In this document: positions 22,682 to 32,000 of the stretch, piece by piece
Layout: every line of letters begins with the position of its first letter
How positions within the stretch are numbered: the first letter of the stretch is position 1
NCBI RefSeq assembly: GCF_000016745.1
Contig: NC_009483.1
Coordinates: 3,090,001 to 3,122,000, forward strand
Length of the DNA: 32,000 bases
DNA from: Geotalea uraniireducens Rf4
GTDB lineage: Bacteria; Desulfobacterota; Desulfuromonadia; Geobacterales; Geobacteraceae
Direction of reading: 5' to 3'
Notes under the pieces: model-generated
What the model was told of the DNA's origin: nothing
Database searches by the model: none
Seen by the model: only the letters and a program-made list of their open reading frames with translations
Program-made: the position numbers and the translations under genes

Positions 22682-23899
22682 CTAGCCGCCGACTGCGCCG
22701 GCAAGTTTGAAGATCGGCAGATACATGGCGACAACGAGACCGCCGACGGTGGTGCCGAGGAAAACCATCAGAAGCGGTTCCATCATGGAGGTGAGCGCGC
22801 CGACCGCATCATCAACCTCATCGTCGTAAAAATCTGCGATCTTGTTGAGCATGGCGTCCATGGCACCGGTCGCCTCCCCGACGGAGATCATCTGCACCAC
22901 CATCGGCGGAAAGACCCCGCACGCGGCCAGCGGCTCGGCAATGGTTTTACCTTCGGAAATGGACTGACGCACGCTGTAGATCGCCTCTTCGACAACCTTG
23001 TTGCCTGCGGTCTTGGCAACGATTTCCAATCCGTCCATGATCGGCACGCCGCTGCTGATCATGGTGCCCAGGGTCCTGGTGAATTTGGCCACGGAAACCT
23101 TTCTCACCAGAGGGCCGATTATCGGCGCCTTCAATGCCAGTCTGTCTATGGTTTTACGGCCGTTTGCCGTTGCGTAATATTTTCCAAAAGCCATCTTTAA
23201 CAGGAAAAATGCCGCTATTATGACCAGTATGTATCTCTGCAAAAAGTTGCTCAGGGCGATGACAATCTTCGTCGGCGCCGGCAGGTCCCCGCCGAAGTCG
23301 GCAAACATCTTGGCAAAGGTCGGAATGACGAAAACGAGGATCACGCCGACGACGATCACCGCGATGGACATGATGGTGGCAGGATAAACCATCGCCCCCT
23401 TTACCTGCTTTTTCAGCTTCATCGCCTTTTCGATGTATGCCGCCAGACGATTGAGGATCGTATCGAGAATGCCGCCCGCCTCGCCGGCGGCGACCAGGTT
23501 GACATAAAGTTGATCAAATGCCTTCGGATGCTTGGAAAGCGCATCGGCAAAGGTGGAGCCGCTTTCGACGCTCTCCTTGACCTTGACGAGAATATCCTTG
23601 AACGTTTTGTTTTCCTGCTGACCGGCAAGGATATCCAGGCATTGCACGAGCGGCAGCCCTGAGTCGATCATCGTGGCAAACTGGCGGGTGAATACTACCA
23701 GATCCTTGGTTGAAATCTTTTTTGCCCCGCCGAAAAGCTTCAACTCCAGTTTAAGACCTTTGCCGGCTTCTTTGATCGATATATTAGTAAATCCGTATCT
23801 TTTGAGTTGCGCCTCCACCAGTGAGGAGTTCGCAGCTTCCATGATTCCTTTTTGAACCGATCCGGCCTTGCTTCTGGCTTCCCAATCAAACTTAGGCAT
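22682..23899 (-). CDS. pilC: Type IV pilus inner-membrane platform protein PilC (GspF family).
   Basis: It has two T2SSF-type repeats. I chose the start at 23897-23899 (MPKFDWEARS), preceded by GGCAGGAGGA. The ORF-track start at 23920 is the alternative. Confidence 0.9.
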   Translation of the reverse strand: MPKFDWEARSKAGSVQKGIMEAANSSLVEAQLKRYGFTNISIKEAGKGLKLELKLFGGAKKISTKDLVVFTRQFATMIDSGLPLVQCLDILAGQQENKTFKDILVKVKESVESGSTFADALSKHPKAFDQLYVNLVAAGEAGGILDTILNRLAAYIEKAMKLKKQVKGAMVYPATIMSIAVIVVGVILVFVIPTFAKMFADFGGDLPAPTKIVIALSNFLQRYILVIIAAFFLLKMAFGKYYATANGRKTIDRLALKAPIIGPLVRKVSVAKFTRTLGTMISSGVPIMDGLEIVAKTAGNKVVEEAIYSVRQSISEGKTIAEPLAACGVFPPMVVQMISVGEATGAMDAMLNKIADFYDDEVDDAVGALTSMMEPLLMVFLGTTVGGLVVAMYLPIFKLAGAVGG

Positions 23900-23958
23900 A
23901 TTTCCTCCTGCCTCCGGCACATTACTTTGACGAATTGCCTCTATTGACCATCAACAAA

Positions 23959-25065
23959 CTATCTTTTATCCGTGAGAGGCCTTCGCACCTGGCTCTGCAC
24001 ACTGCCGACAGATACCATCTGTTTCAGCTCATCAGGCTCAGGTGATCTGGCCATCGCATCATCGAGAGAAATGATACGTTTAGTAAAAAGACCGTACAGC
24101 GATTGGTTCAAGGTCATCATGCCGAATTTATCCTGCCCGACCTGCATCTGGGAATAAATCTGATGAACCTTATCCTCCCGGATCAGGTTGCGGATCGCGG
24201 GGTTCGGAACCATCACCTCCAAGGCAAGCGCTCTGCCATGGCCGCTTGCTCTCGGAACGAGGGTTTGAGACAGAACCCCTTCCAGGACAAAGGAGAGCTG
24301 TGTCCTGACCTGGGTTTGCTGGTAGGGTGGGAACACATCTATGATGCGGTTGATTGTCTGTGCGCAGGAATTGGTATGGAGAGTAGCGAAGCAAAGATGC
24401 CCGGTTTCAGCCAGCGTCAGGGCGGCCTCAATTGTCTCAAGATCCCTGAGCTCACCGATTAGTACGACGTCAGGGTCCTGACGCAAAACGTATTTGAGGG
24501 CGTTTCTGAAGCTCTTGGTGTCCGCCCCGACCTCGCGCTGGTTGACCAGGCACCCCTTATGTGGATGGAGATATTCTATCGGATCTTCTATCGTAACGAT
24601 GTGATCGTGGCGGTCCATATTTATTTTATCAATAATGGAGGCCAGGGTGGTCGACTTGCCGCTGCCGGTCGGTCCGGTGACGAGAACGAGACCTCTTGGC
24701 TTGGCAGCAAGCTCCCTTACTATCGGCGGCAGTCCCAGTTCTTCAAACGTGAGAATCTTGTAGGGTATGACCCTGAATACTCCGGCAACCGCTCCCCGCT
24801 GGACAAATACATTCCCCCTGAAGCGCGACAACCCCTTGACGCCAAAGGACAGGTCGAGTTCGCTCTCCTCCTCGAACTTATGTTTTTGCGCATCAGTCAG
24901 GATGCTGTAGCACAGCTGCTTGGTTTCGACCGGTGTAAGAGGAGGAAAATCCATCGGAGTAATTTTACCGTCAATTCTTATCTGTGGCGGGGTGTTTGTC
25001 GTGATATGGAGGTCCGATCCTCCTCTTTCAACAAGCTCTTTTAAAAGTTGATGCAAATTCGCCAT
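23959..25065 (-). CDS. pilT: Type IV pilus retraction ATPase PilT.
   Basis: Motifs present are Walker A GPTGSGKST, the Asp/His boxes and the PilT-specific AIRNLIRE motif. GGAG SD precedes the start. Confidence 0.9.
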   Translation of the reverse strand: MANLHQLLKELVERGGSDLHITTNTPPQIRIDGKITPMDFPPLTPVETKQLCYSILTDAQKHKFEEESELDLSFGVKGLSRFRGNVFVQRGAVAGVFRVIPYKILTFEELGLPPIVRELAAKPRGLVLVTGPTGSGKSTTLASIIDKINMDRHDHIVTIEDPIEYLHPHKGCLVNQREVGADTKSFRNALKYVLRQDPDVVLIGELRDLETIEAALTLAETGHLCFATLHTNSCAQTINRIIDVFPPYQQTQVRTQLSFVLEGVLSQTLVPRASGHGRALALEVMVPNPAIRNLIREDKVHQIYSQMQVGQDKFGMMTLNQSLYGLFTKRIISLDDAMARSPEPDELKQMVSVGSVQSQVRRPLTDKR

Positions 25066-25077
25066 AAGTATTGACTC

Positions 25078-26784
25078 CTAATCGTCAGCCACGGTAACCC
25101 GGAGCACTTCTTCAAACGAGGTGACCCCCTCGCTTAGCTTGGTAAGCCCTGACTGGCGCATTGTTTTTACACCGAGGCGCATCGACTCACGTTTTATTTC
25201 GGCGGTATTTGCGCCGTTCAGGATCAGTTCCCTGATTTCCTCAAGCATCGGCATGACCTGATAGAAGCCCACCCTCCCCTTGTAGCCGGTGCTGTTGCAT
25301 TTCGGGCATCCAGCCCCCTTGTAACATACATATTCGGTAGCTTCTGCAGGAGATACGCCGGCATCTATCAGCGCCTGGACCGGAATGTCATCAACTACCT
25401 TGCATTCGGAGCAAACACGCCTTGCAAGCCTTTGTGCCGTAATGAGATTCACAGCAGAAGCGACCAGAAACGGCTCGATCCCCATATTAAGCAGGCGATT
25501 GATGGTCGATGGCGCATCGTTGGTATGCAGCGTCGAAAGAACCATATGACCGGTCAGAGCGGCTTTTACTCCAATTTCCGCGGTCTCGAAATCTCGGATC
25601 TCACCGATCATGATTATATCCGGATCCTGACGCAGAAATGCGCGCAATGCAGCGGCAAAATTGAGACCGATATCTTCGTGCATCTGCACCTGGTTTATAC
25701 CGGCAAAGTTGAACTCAACGGGATCTTCCGCAGTGGATATATTCTCGCTGACCTTGTTCAACTCCGACAAGGCTGAATAGAGAGAGACTGTTTTACCGCT
25801 GCCGGTAGGCCCGGTCACCAGGACCATGCCGAACGGTTTATGGATTTCCTTCTGGAAATGAGCCAGCGCATCAGGTTCATACCCCAGTTTGGTCATGTCC
25901 AGTTGCAGATTGGATTTATCGAGAAGCCGCATGACGATCTTCTCGCCAAACAGGGTCGGCAAGACGGATACACGGAAATCCATGTCCTTGCCCCCCCCCA
26001 GCTTGATTTTTATGCGGCCGTCCTGGGGAAGACGCCGTTCGGCTATGTCCAGTTCCGCCATTATTTTGATGCGTGAGGTAATGGCGTTTTTCAGCTTCAT
26101 GGGAGGCTTCATTACCTCATACAATATGCCGTCGATGCGGTAACGGACCCTGAAGCTTCTTTCATAAGGCTCCACATGGATATCACTTGCTTTTTTCTTG
26201 ATGGCATCGGTAAGGATCAGGTTCACCAGTTTTACTACCGGAGCATCCTCGGTAGCACGTTCGAGAGAGGAGACATCGACATCATCCTCCTCGCCTATTA
26301 CCTCCAGATCCTCCAGCTCCAGATCGTTCATTACGTCGGCCAGAGAGGCGGACTGATCGTAGAACTTATCTATGGCTGTTCTTATGGCCGACTCGGAAGC
26401 AACCACCACTTCGACGTTGTAGCCGGTCATGAATTTTATATCATCGATGGCGAAGATGTTGGAAGGATCGCACATGGCTATAATCAGGGTGGAACCTGAC
26501 CTGTTTACCGGCACAATCTGATATTTATGGGCTATATCAACAGGAATTATCTTTACAACCGAAGCGTCGACATCAAAGTCTGCCAGGTTTATGGAGGGGA
26601 AGCCGTACTGCTTGGAGAGAAAAGTGGTCAGATCCGGCTCGGATATCAGACCATTTTTTATAAGTATGGAACCGAGACGTTGTTGCCCGCCCGATTCTTT
26701 CTGTTCCTCAAGGGCTTTCGTCAACTGCTCTTTTGTTATTATGTTATTTTTAACCAGGAGTTCTCCCAGTCTACTCACATGCAT
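25078..26784 (-). CDS. pilB: Type IV pilus assembly ATPase PilB.
   Basis: It has an N-terminal T2SSE_N domain, Walker A GPTGSGKT and a tetracysteine motif (CSEC...CPKC). Confidence 0.92.
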   Translation of the reverse strand: MHVSRLGELLVKNNIITKEQLTKALEEQKESGGQQRLGSILIKNGLISEPDLTTFLSKQYGFPSINLADFDVDASVVKIIPVDIAHKYQIVPVNRSGSTLIIAMCDPSNIFAIDDIKFMTGYNVEVVVASESAIRTAIDKFYDQSASLADVMNDLELEDLEVIGEEDDVDVSSLERATEDAPVVKLVNLILTDAIKKKASDIHVEPYERSFRVRYRIDGILYEVMKPPMKLKNAITSRIKIMAELDIAERRLPQDGRIKIKLGGGKDMDFRVSVLPTLFGEKIVMRLLDKSNLQLDMTKLGYEPDALAHFQKEIHKPFGMVLVTGPTGSGKTVSLYSALSELNKVSENISTAEDPVEFNFAGINQVQMHEDIGLNFAAALRAFLRQDPDIIMIGEIRDFETAEIGVKAALTGHMVLSTLHTNDAPSTINRLLNMGIEPFLVASAVNLITAQRLARRVCSECKVVDDIPVQALIDAGVSPAEATEYVCYKGAGCPKCNSTGYKGRVGFYQVMPMLEEIRELILNGANTAEIKRESMRLGVKTMRQSGLTKLSEGVTSFEEVLRVTVADD

Positions 26785-26821
26785 ATGAAAAAACCTCGAT
26801 TAATTAAAGTGAACCGTAAGA

Positions 26822-26850
26822 ATAGTATTTTGAATGCCATGCTATGTCAA
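26822..26850 (-). promoter_or_regulatory. Sigma-70-type promoter upstream of pilB.
   Basis: The minus-sense sequence is TTGACA-N17-TACTAT, located between the aroE stop and the pilB start. Confidence 0.5.
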
Positions 26851-26853
26851 GCA

Positions 26854-27723
26854 TTACTTAGCTTTAACCGCCGTCAAAAGGCAGCTTTTCATCAACCCTG
26901 AGGGAGGGGCGCAACCGGTCCAGACAGCAAAAGCAATTTCACCTTGTGCGGCAAGCATACCTATGCCGTTGGCGGATTTCAAGCCCATTGCCTTTGCCGC
27001 CGACAGGAAGGGCGTCTCCAGCGGAGCATAAACCATATCGTAGATGCGGGTGGCAGGATTCATCAGTGACATGTCAAGGCCGTCAAATGACGTATTATCC
27101 ATCCCCACCGAGGTTGTGTTGACAATGAGGTCGATTCCATGGAGTAAATCCGATGATCCAAGAACATCCAGGGAAGAGAGTGCAAGTTTCACCTGCGGGA
27201 AAACGCTTTTAAAGCACGAAAGCAATTCCTCGCCCTTGTTGCGGGTTCTATTGGCAATGATGACCGATTCTACCCCGGCTTTGCATAGTGATGCAATGGC
27301 GCCCCTTGCGGCGCCACCTGCTCCCAAAATCAGCACATGCGCACCTTTGGGGGTAAAATCCAGGTCTTCCGCAAGAGATTTGAGTAAGCCGGCGCCATCG
27401 GTGTTGTATCCGACAAGAAATCCACCTTCCCGGTTAACGGTGTTGACAGCGCCTATCAGTTCCGCTTCGGGAGAAAGTTTGTCAAGATAAGGTATGATAG
27501 CCGTTTTAAAAGGAATGGTAACGTTGAAACCGGCAACCCCCAGGTTTCGCAATCCCTGGACCGCCGCACACAATCCGTCGGCAGGGACGGCAAAGGGAAC
27601 GTAGACAAAGTCCAGTCCAACGGCTTCAATGGCAGCATTTTGCATCAGCGGTGAAAGAGAATGGTTAATTGGCGAACCGATGATTCCCAACACCTTTGTT
27701 TGACCGGTTATTCTACTTTTCAT
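26854..27723 (-). CDS. aroE: Shikimate 5-dehydrogenase.
   Basis: It has GIIGSPINHSLSPLMQNAA at the N-terminus and the NADP-binding motif ILGAGGAARG. An ATGA overlap joins it to the upstream gene. Confidence 0.9.
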   Translation of the reverse strand: MKSRITGQTKVLGIIGSPINHSLSPLMQNAAIEAVGLDFVYVPFAVPADGLCAAVQGLRNLGVAGFNVTIPFKTAIIPYLDKLSPEAELIGAVNTVNREGGFLVGYNTDGAGLLKSLAEDLDFTPKGAHVLILGAGGAARGAIASLCKAGVESVIIANRTRNKGEELLSCFKSVFPQVKLALSSLDVLGSSDLLHGIDLIVNTTSVGMDNTSFDGLDMSLMNPATRIYDMVYAPLETPFLSAAKAMGLKSANGIGMLAAQGEIAFAVWTGCAPPSGLMKSCLLTAVKAK

Positions 27724-29585
27724 CGGAGTCCATACCCACTCAGTATCCCTGAAACCTGCATTTGCAGTTCCGGTGCTATTTTTTCCGCTGCCCGAAGTTC
27801 CTGAACGCCCTCACCAAATTGTCTCAGACGCAGCAATGTTTCACCCGCCTCCATGTGACCGTTGGCGTATATAAGGATAGCCTTTCCCGTATCCAGGTCA
27901 CGGAAGAACATCTCGCCGGAAATCCCTCTCAGGATATAGCTGTTCCACACTGAAATATCCGGGAACAGAAAGGTATCTCCGCCCCCACTGAGCAGTTGAT
28001 AACATATGCCGCGCTGACGGAGCGAATAATTGGAAAACTGGACGGAATACCTGGTTGAAAAATCGATATATACCGGCCTGCGCGCTATCTGCTCGGTAAC
28101 GGCCAGTTGGAGAGCATTTTCAGGGGACAGCGTCTCCATGGGAATCGACTTGAGCATGCTGTAACGAAACAGGTCGGGAAACGAATCCAGATACCAGTTG
28201 AAAACCAGATGGGGGGTGTGCAGCAGGTCCAGATCGTCGCGCATCTTCTCGACGCCCTGAAGATACCAGAGCGGAAAGGCGCCGCTGTCACCCCAGGTAA
28301 AGAGCGCCGCCCCCTGCGGAAGAGAACGGAGGGTGTTGCTTGCATAGTCATAGGCTATGTAGTTTTCATGCTGATCGTTCTCCACATAGTGAAGGGCGCA
28401 AACGGTTGCCGGCAGGGCAAGCAGAATTGCGCCTGCCGCAACCTTTACCGGCAGAGAAGAAATAACCTGCGCTGAGAAAAATGCCAGGCCGTTCTTCAAT
28501 AAAGCAAAAAGACCCAGACCGATCAATACGGCTGACAGCAGATAGAGGGGGGTAAAAAACTCCTCCGTAAGGAAGATCATGTCAGCAGGAGTATTGAAAT
28601 ATCCGGCTATGACCAGCAGAAAGAATACGATGCCTATCAGATAGGCAAGTACCTCATCTCGTCTTTTTTTCAAAAAAGCGGCAATTCCGATCAGAACCAA
28701 GACAAGGCCAAACCAGGTGAATTCATAAGGGACATTGAAAGCATTTATCTGTGCCCAAAGGAGAGAGAGGTCCCTGGCGGGCTTTTCCACCGGATAACCT
28801 TTACGCAGCAGGTTCCAGAGGAACTGGGTCAGATTCCTGGAATCTCCCCAGTTCAGGAGTGGGTTCTGTAAGGCCCTGACCGGCATGTGAAGATGGACGG
28901 AAAAACCGAGAATGGCGAAAAAAACAGCGATTATTATTTCCTTCACCCGGCCGACCAAGCGCCAGTTCACGGAGAGTATGAGAAAAGCGAATGACGGCAA
29001 AAGCAGCACAATCGTCTGGTGTGCGCCGAATGCCAGACCGGCGAGAAAAGCCCCCAGATACACATAGGCGGGACGCTCCTCCCCCTTGCGGTAACTGTCT
29101 CGCCAGAGAAGGAGGAGATAAAAAATCATTGCAGAAAGAAAAGCGATGAGGGGATAAGGCTTATCGTGATTGGACTGGAGCCAAAGCCTGGCAGAAAAGG
29201 CAAACGTGACGGCTGCGCAAAAGGCGATGATTTTTTTGTATAGCTCGGAAAAGCCGTGGTCCTCGGTCAGAACCTCTTTCGCCAGGATGTGGGAAACTAT
29301 CAGGTACACGCCGTAACAGGCGACGGCAGCAGAAATGGCTGTGGCGATGTTTACCCGGAAGGCGATGCTGCCGAAGGGAAGATAGGTAAAAGGTTTTGCG
29401 TAGTTCACAAACAGCGGGTAGCCCGGAGAGTGGGCGGTGCCGAGGGAGGAAATGGCGGTAATGAATTCACCGCTGTCAAAAAAAGTCACAGTAGGTGCAA
29501 GAGTCAAAAGATAAATCAACAACGGCACCGAAACGGAAAGAACCGCAAACGGGTCTATCCTTTGCCAAAGCTTTACATTACTCAA
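27720..29585 (-). CDS. Polytopic membrane protein, DUF2723/TMEM260-like (GT-C-fold glycosyltransferase-like) with a C-terminal soluble helical region.
   Basis: The N-terminus ..LLIYLLTLAPTVTFFDSGEFITAISSLGTAHSPGYPLF matches the DUF2723 hallmark as I recall it. It has more than 10 hydrophobic spans. It starts with TTG, with AGGAGA 7 nt upstream. Confidence 0.75.
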   Translation of the reverse strand: MSNVKLWQRIDPFAVLSVSVPLLIYLLTLAPTVTFFDSGEFITAISSLGTAHSPGYPLFVNYAKPFTYLPFGSIAFRVNIATAISAAVACYGVYLIVSHILAKEVLTEDHGFSELYKKIIAFCAAVTFAFSARLWLQSNHDKPYPLIAFLSAMIFYLLLLWRDSYRKGEERPAYVYLGAFLAGLAFGAHQTIVLLLPSFAFLILSVNWRLVGRVKEIIIAVFFAILGFSVHLHMPVRALQNPLLNWGDSRNLTQFLWNLLRKGYPVEKPARDLSLLWAQINAFNVPYEFTWFGLVLVLIGIAAFLKKRRDEVLAYLIGIVFFLLVIAGYFNTPADMIFLTEEFFTPLYLLSAVLIGLGLFALLKNGLAFFSAQVISSLPVKVAAGAILLALPATVCALHYVENDQHENYIAYDYASNTLRSLPQGAALFTWGDSGAFPLWYLQGVEKMRDDLDLLHTPHLVFNWYLDSFPDLFRYSMLKSIPMETLSPENALQLAVTEQIARRPVYIDFSTRYSVQFSNYSLRQRGICYQLLSGGGDTFLFPDISVWNSYILRGISGEMFFRDLDTGKAILIYANGHMEAGETLLRLRQFGEGVQELRAAEKIAPELQMQVSGILSGYGLR

Positions 29586-30612
29586 GTATTTTCTCCTGTT
29601 GGGTCGAGGTTTCGCTTATCTTTTTCAGGGATACTTTGTCCCGCCAGAGGTAATAGAACCCGGCGCAGATAACCGGGAAAAAACTGAGGCCATGGATAAC
29701 GAGCGCGACGCTCAAAGCCTGCTCCTTCTGGATGGCAAAAGCCATCAACCCGTAAACACAAGCTGCATGATATGTCCCCACATAGCCGGGGGAAGCGGGG
29801 ACCATCACCGCAAAGACCAGGAAGACCATGATGAACATGGAAGCGGTAATGGGAAGGACAATGCCGAAGGAGCGGAGCAGCATGTGTACCGGCCAGATTG
29901 CAGTGGCCCAGATAATAAGAGAGGTCCCGAACAGGGCAAAGAGCTCCACCGGTTTTGAGGAAAGGCGGAGGCCGGAGATGAACGAGCCGAGAAGCGGAAT
30001 AACCTTTTCTGAAATCCTGGCCGGAAAAGGTTTCAGCAGCGAGCCGACCAGGTGAATCGTCCAGGACGTCCGCTTTTTCAAAACTACCAGAAAAGCCACC
30101 ACCAGGGCGTAAATGGCGAGGGTGACATAACCGCCGACAACCAGCCCGTGTTGCACATTTTCCATGCCCGCGGGGAGCCTGACAGTGAAAAAGGTGACCA
30201 GAAGAATAAGGAGCACGGTAAAGCCGTCAAAGAGGCGATCTACTACCAGCGTGGCAAACACTGCGCTCGTCTCGATCTTTTCCTTTTGCCCGAGCACATA
30301 AGCCCGGACAAATTCCCCCAGCCTTGCAGGCAGCAGATTGTTAGCCATGTAGCCGATGATGGTCGATGGGAAGAGATTGGCCATTGACGTTTTTTTGATC
30401 GGCAGAAGGAGGTATTTCCAGCGTACCGCCCGAAAATAGTAGCTGACAAAGGTTACGACAACCGCGGGCAGCAGATAGCGGTAATCCATCTCACTGAAAG
30501 CGATAACCAGTTTATTGAAGTCTATCTTGCGGAAAAGCAGGAAGAGAAAGAAGAGACTGATCCCAATCCCGAGCAAAAGTTTCTTGTCAAATCCCTTCTT
30601 TGTCACATTCAA
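29578..30612 (-). CDS. UPF0104 / lysyl-phosphatidylglycerol-synthase-TM-region-like (flippase-like) membrane protein.
   Basis: It has about 8 hydrophobic spans and the typical N-terminal pattern ..LFRKIDFNKL...YLLPAVVVTFVSYYFRAVRWKYLL. The ORF-track TTG at 30612 has no SD spacing. The GTG at 30604-30606 has AAGGA 6 nt upstream and may be the real start. Confidence 0.75.
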   Translation of the reverse strand: MNVTKKGFDKKLLLGIGISLFFLFLLFRKIDFNKLVIAFSEMDYRYLLPAVVVTFVSYYFRAVRWKYLLLPIKKTSMANLFPSTIIGYMANNLLPARLGEFVRAYVLGQKEKIETSAVFATLVVDRLFDGFTVLLILLVTFFTVRLPAGMENVQHGLVVGGYVTLAIYALVVAFLVVLKKRTSWTIHLVGSLLKPFPARISEKVIPLLGSFISGLRLSSKPVELFALFGTSLIIWATAIWPVHMLLRSFGIVLPITASMFIMVFLVFAVMVPASPGYVGTYHAACVYGLMAFAIQKEQALSVALVIHGLSFFPVICAGFYYLWRDKVSLKKISETSTQQEKILE

Positions 30613-31571
30613 TCCTTCACAAGGTATTCACGGTATTCAATAATGGCCGCATCGCGTAAAATCTCACGGCATCGTTCAATATCTTTGGCAATGGCCTTCT
30701 GCAAGGACGGGACATCGGGAAAGGTCAGCTCGCCACGAATCCTGTCGATAAAGTAAAGCCGTGCGTCCTTGCCGTAAAGATCCCCTTCAAAGTCAAAGAG
30801 AAAGACTTCGATCGCCAGTCTTTCATCTTTAAAAGTGGGATTGCTTCCGATGTTACAGGCGCCGTCATAGAGAACGTCGTCAATCTTCACCTTAACGGCA
30901 TAGACACCATCTTTGGGAAGCAGCTCCTTATCGGTCTCGATGTTTGCTGTGGGAAATCCCAATCCTTTGCCGCGATGGTGTCCGTGAACTACCGTGCCGC
31001 CAAGGGAAAAATGACGGCCAAGGAGCGAAACTACACCTTTAACGTCACCATTCATCATCATGGTGCGAATCAAAGAGCTGCTGAAGATGGTTCTCCCATT
31101 GCTTATCGGCTCCAACACCTCGACTTTGAAGGATAACTCCTCGCCCAACTGCCTGAGCAGGGCCACGTCACCTTCACGATTGCGACCGAAGGCGTAATCA
31201 TAGCCGATGACAAGCTTGTTCACCCCGATTTTTTCGACCAGAACCGTGCCGACAAACTCTCTGGCGGTTATGGCAGCAAATTTTTCGTCAAACGGGATCT
31301 CAATCAGGTAGTCGATGCCGGACGCCTCGATGAGGGTTTCCTTCTCGGCGTAGGTATTGATCAGCAACGGGCTCTTTTCCGGCGCCAACACCTTCAGCGG
31401 GTGAGGAACAAAGGTCACAACCACCGACACACCGCCCAGTTCAGCGGCCAATTGTTTGACCCGGCGAAATATCTCCCGGTGTCCCAGATGAACCCCGTCG
31501 AAGTTACCGATGGTGACAACGGCATTGGGAAGCTTTTCGCTTATGTCGGATAAGTTTTTAAAAATTATCAT
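30609..31571 (-). CDS. ribF: Bifunctional riboflavin kinase / FAD synthetase.
   Basis: Motifs present are TIGNFDGVHLGH (nucleotidyltransferase) and GFPTANI (riboflavin kinase). I chose the ATG at 31569-31571 (MIIFKNL..) because of the typical N-terminal length. The alternative is the GTG at 31610, which overlaps the tatC stop (GTGA). Confidence 0.9.
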   Translation of the reverse strand: MIIFKNLSDISEKLPNAVVTIGNFDGVHLGHREIFRRVKQLAAELGGVSVVVTFVPHPLKVLAPEKSPLLINTYAEKETLIEASGIDYLIEIPFDEKFAAITAREFVGTVLVEKIGVNKLVIGYDYAFGRNREGDVALLRQLGEELSFKVEVLEPISNGRTIFSSSLIRTMMMNGDVKGVVSLLGRHFSLGGTVVHGHHRGKGLGFPTANIETDKELLPKDGVYAVKVKIDDVLYDGACNIGSNPTFKDERLAIEVFLFDFEGDLYGKDARLYFIDRIRGELTFPDVPSLQKAIAKDIERCREILRDAAIIEYREYLVKD

Positions 31572-31606
31572 GGATTTTATATGGGGAACCGTTCCCAGTC
31601 CCCAGT

Positions 31607-32000
31607 TCACGCCTCTGCCGTTACAGCCGGTTTCTTCTTGCCGAAAATCAGCGCCACCCAGACACTCACCTCATACATCAGGTAGAGCGGGACCATAATC
31701 ACGAACATCGTGATCAGGTCGGCATGAAATGCAGCGATAATCGAGCTGGCCAGCAATGCGTACTTGCGGTTTCTGGCCAGGAGGGAATAGCTGACTATGC
31801 CGAATCTGGACAAGAGCAGCGACAGAATCGGCAGCTCGAAGATGAGGCCGAAGATGAGAATCAATCGTAGACAAAAGTTTATGTATGCGCTCAGGTTGAA
31901 CCAGCTCTGGAGCCCTTGCGCCTCGTAGGAAAGGGAGAAGTTGATGATGACCGGCCAGATAACGATAAGGAAGAAGAGCGCCCCGACACAGAAACTGATG
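31607..32000 (-). CDS. tatC: Twin-arginine translocase subunit TatC, 3' part (5' end lies beyond the window).
   Basis: I extended the frame manually and it stays open to position 32000 (..ISFCVGALFFLIVIWPVIINFSLSYEAQGLQSWFNLSAYINFCLRLILIFGLIFELPILSLLLSRFGIV..). This matches the TatC TM4-TM6 pattern. Confidence 0.85.
   Translation of the reverse strand, partial: ISFCVGALFFLIVIWPVIINFSLSYEAQGLQSWFNLSAYINFCLRLILIFGLIFELPILSLLLSRFGIVSYSLLARNRKYALLASSIIAAFHADLITMFVIMVPLYLMYEVSVWVALIFGKKKPAVTAEA

Overview
The window looks like a Geobacter-type (Desulfuromonadia) chromosomal segment. Every supportable gene is on the minus strand. I saw no rRNA or CRISPR array.

Gene content, left to right in + coordinates:
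- The 5' end of an unidentified gene, then a 38-codon remnant of a gpmA-like phosphoglycerate mutase.
- A tripartite RND efflux operon: lipoprotein adaptor, HAE1-type pump and NodT-type outer-membrane lipoprotein.
- A run of secreted or lipoprotein genes of unknown function: DUF2950-like, DUF3300-like, a tandem-duplicated periplasmic protein, a DUF3313-like lipoprotein and an ABM-fold protein.
- A GAF-GAF sigma-54 enhancer-binding protein, a secreted SYLF/Ysc84-like protein, and one tRNA with its own promoter and terminator.
- An ABC-2 exporter set: ATPase, permease and a membrane-anchored helical-repeat protein.
- An IS4-family insertion sequence whose ends I could resolve (26-bp inverted repeats, perfect 9-bp target duplication).
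- The type IVa pilus cluster pilA-pilR-pilS-pilC-pilT-pilB, then aroE, a DUF2723 GT-C-like membrane protein, a UPF0104 flippase-like membrane protein, ribF and the 3' part of tatC.

Most notable non-coding observations:
- A (GTGAGAA)x9 heptanucleotide tandem repeat fills the pilS-pilR intergenic spacer.
- A canonical -24/-12 sigma-54 promoter with an upstream palindrome precedes pilA.
- A diverged stem-loop or operator-like element recurs about 150-230 nt upstream of three separate transcription units.
- The IS landed between the pilA terminator and the ABC operon.

I did not find a clearly novel multi-gene system. The best candidates for follow-up are the uncharacterised envelope gene run fused to the RND operon and the flippase-like/GT-C pair next to the pilus genes. 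All family names come from reading motifs by eye, not from a database search.
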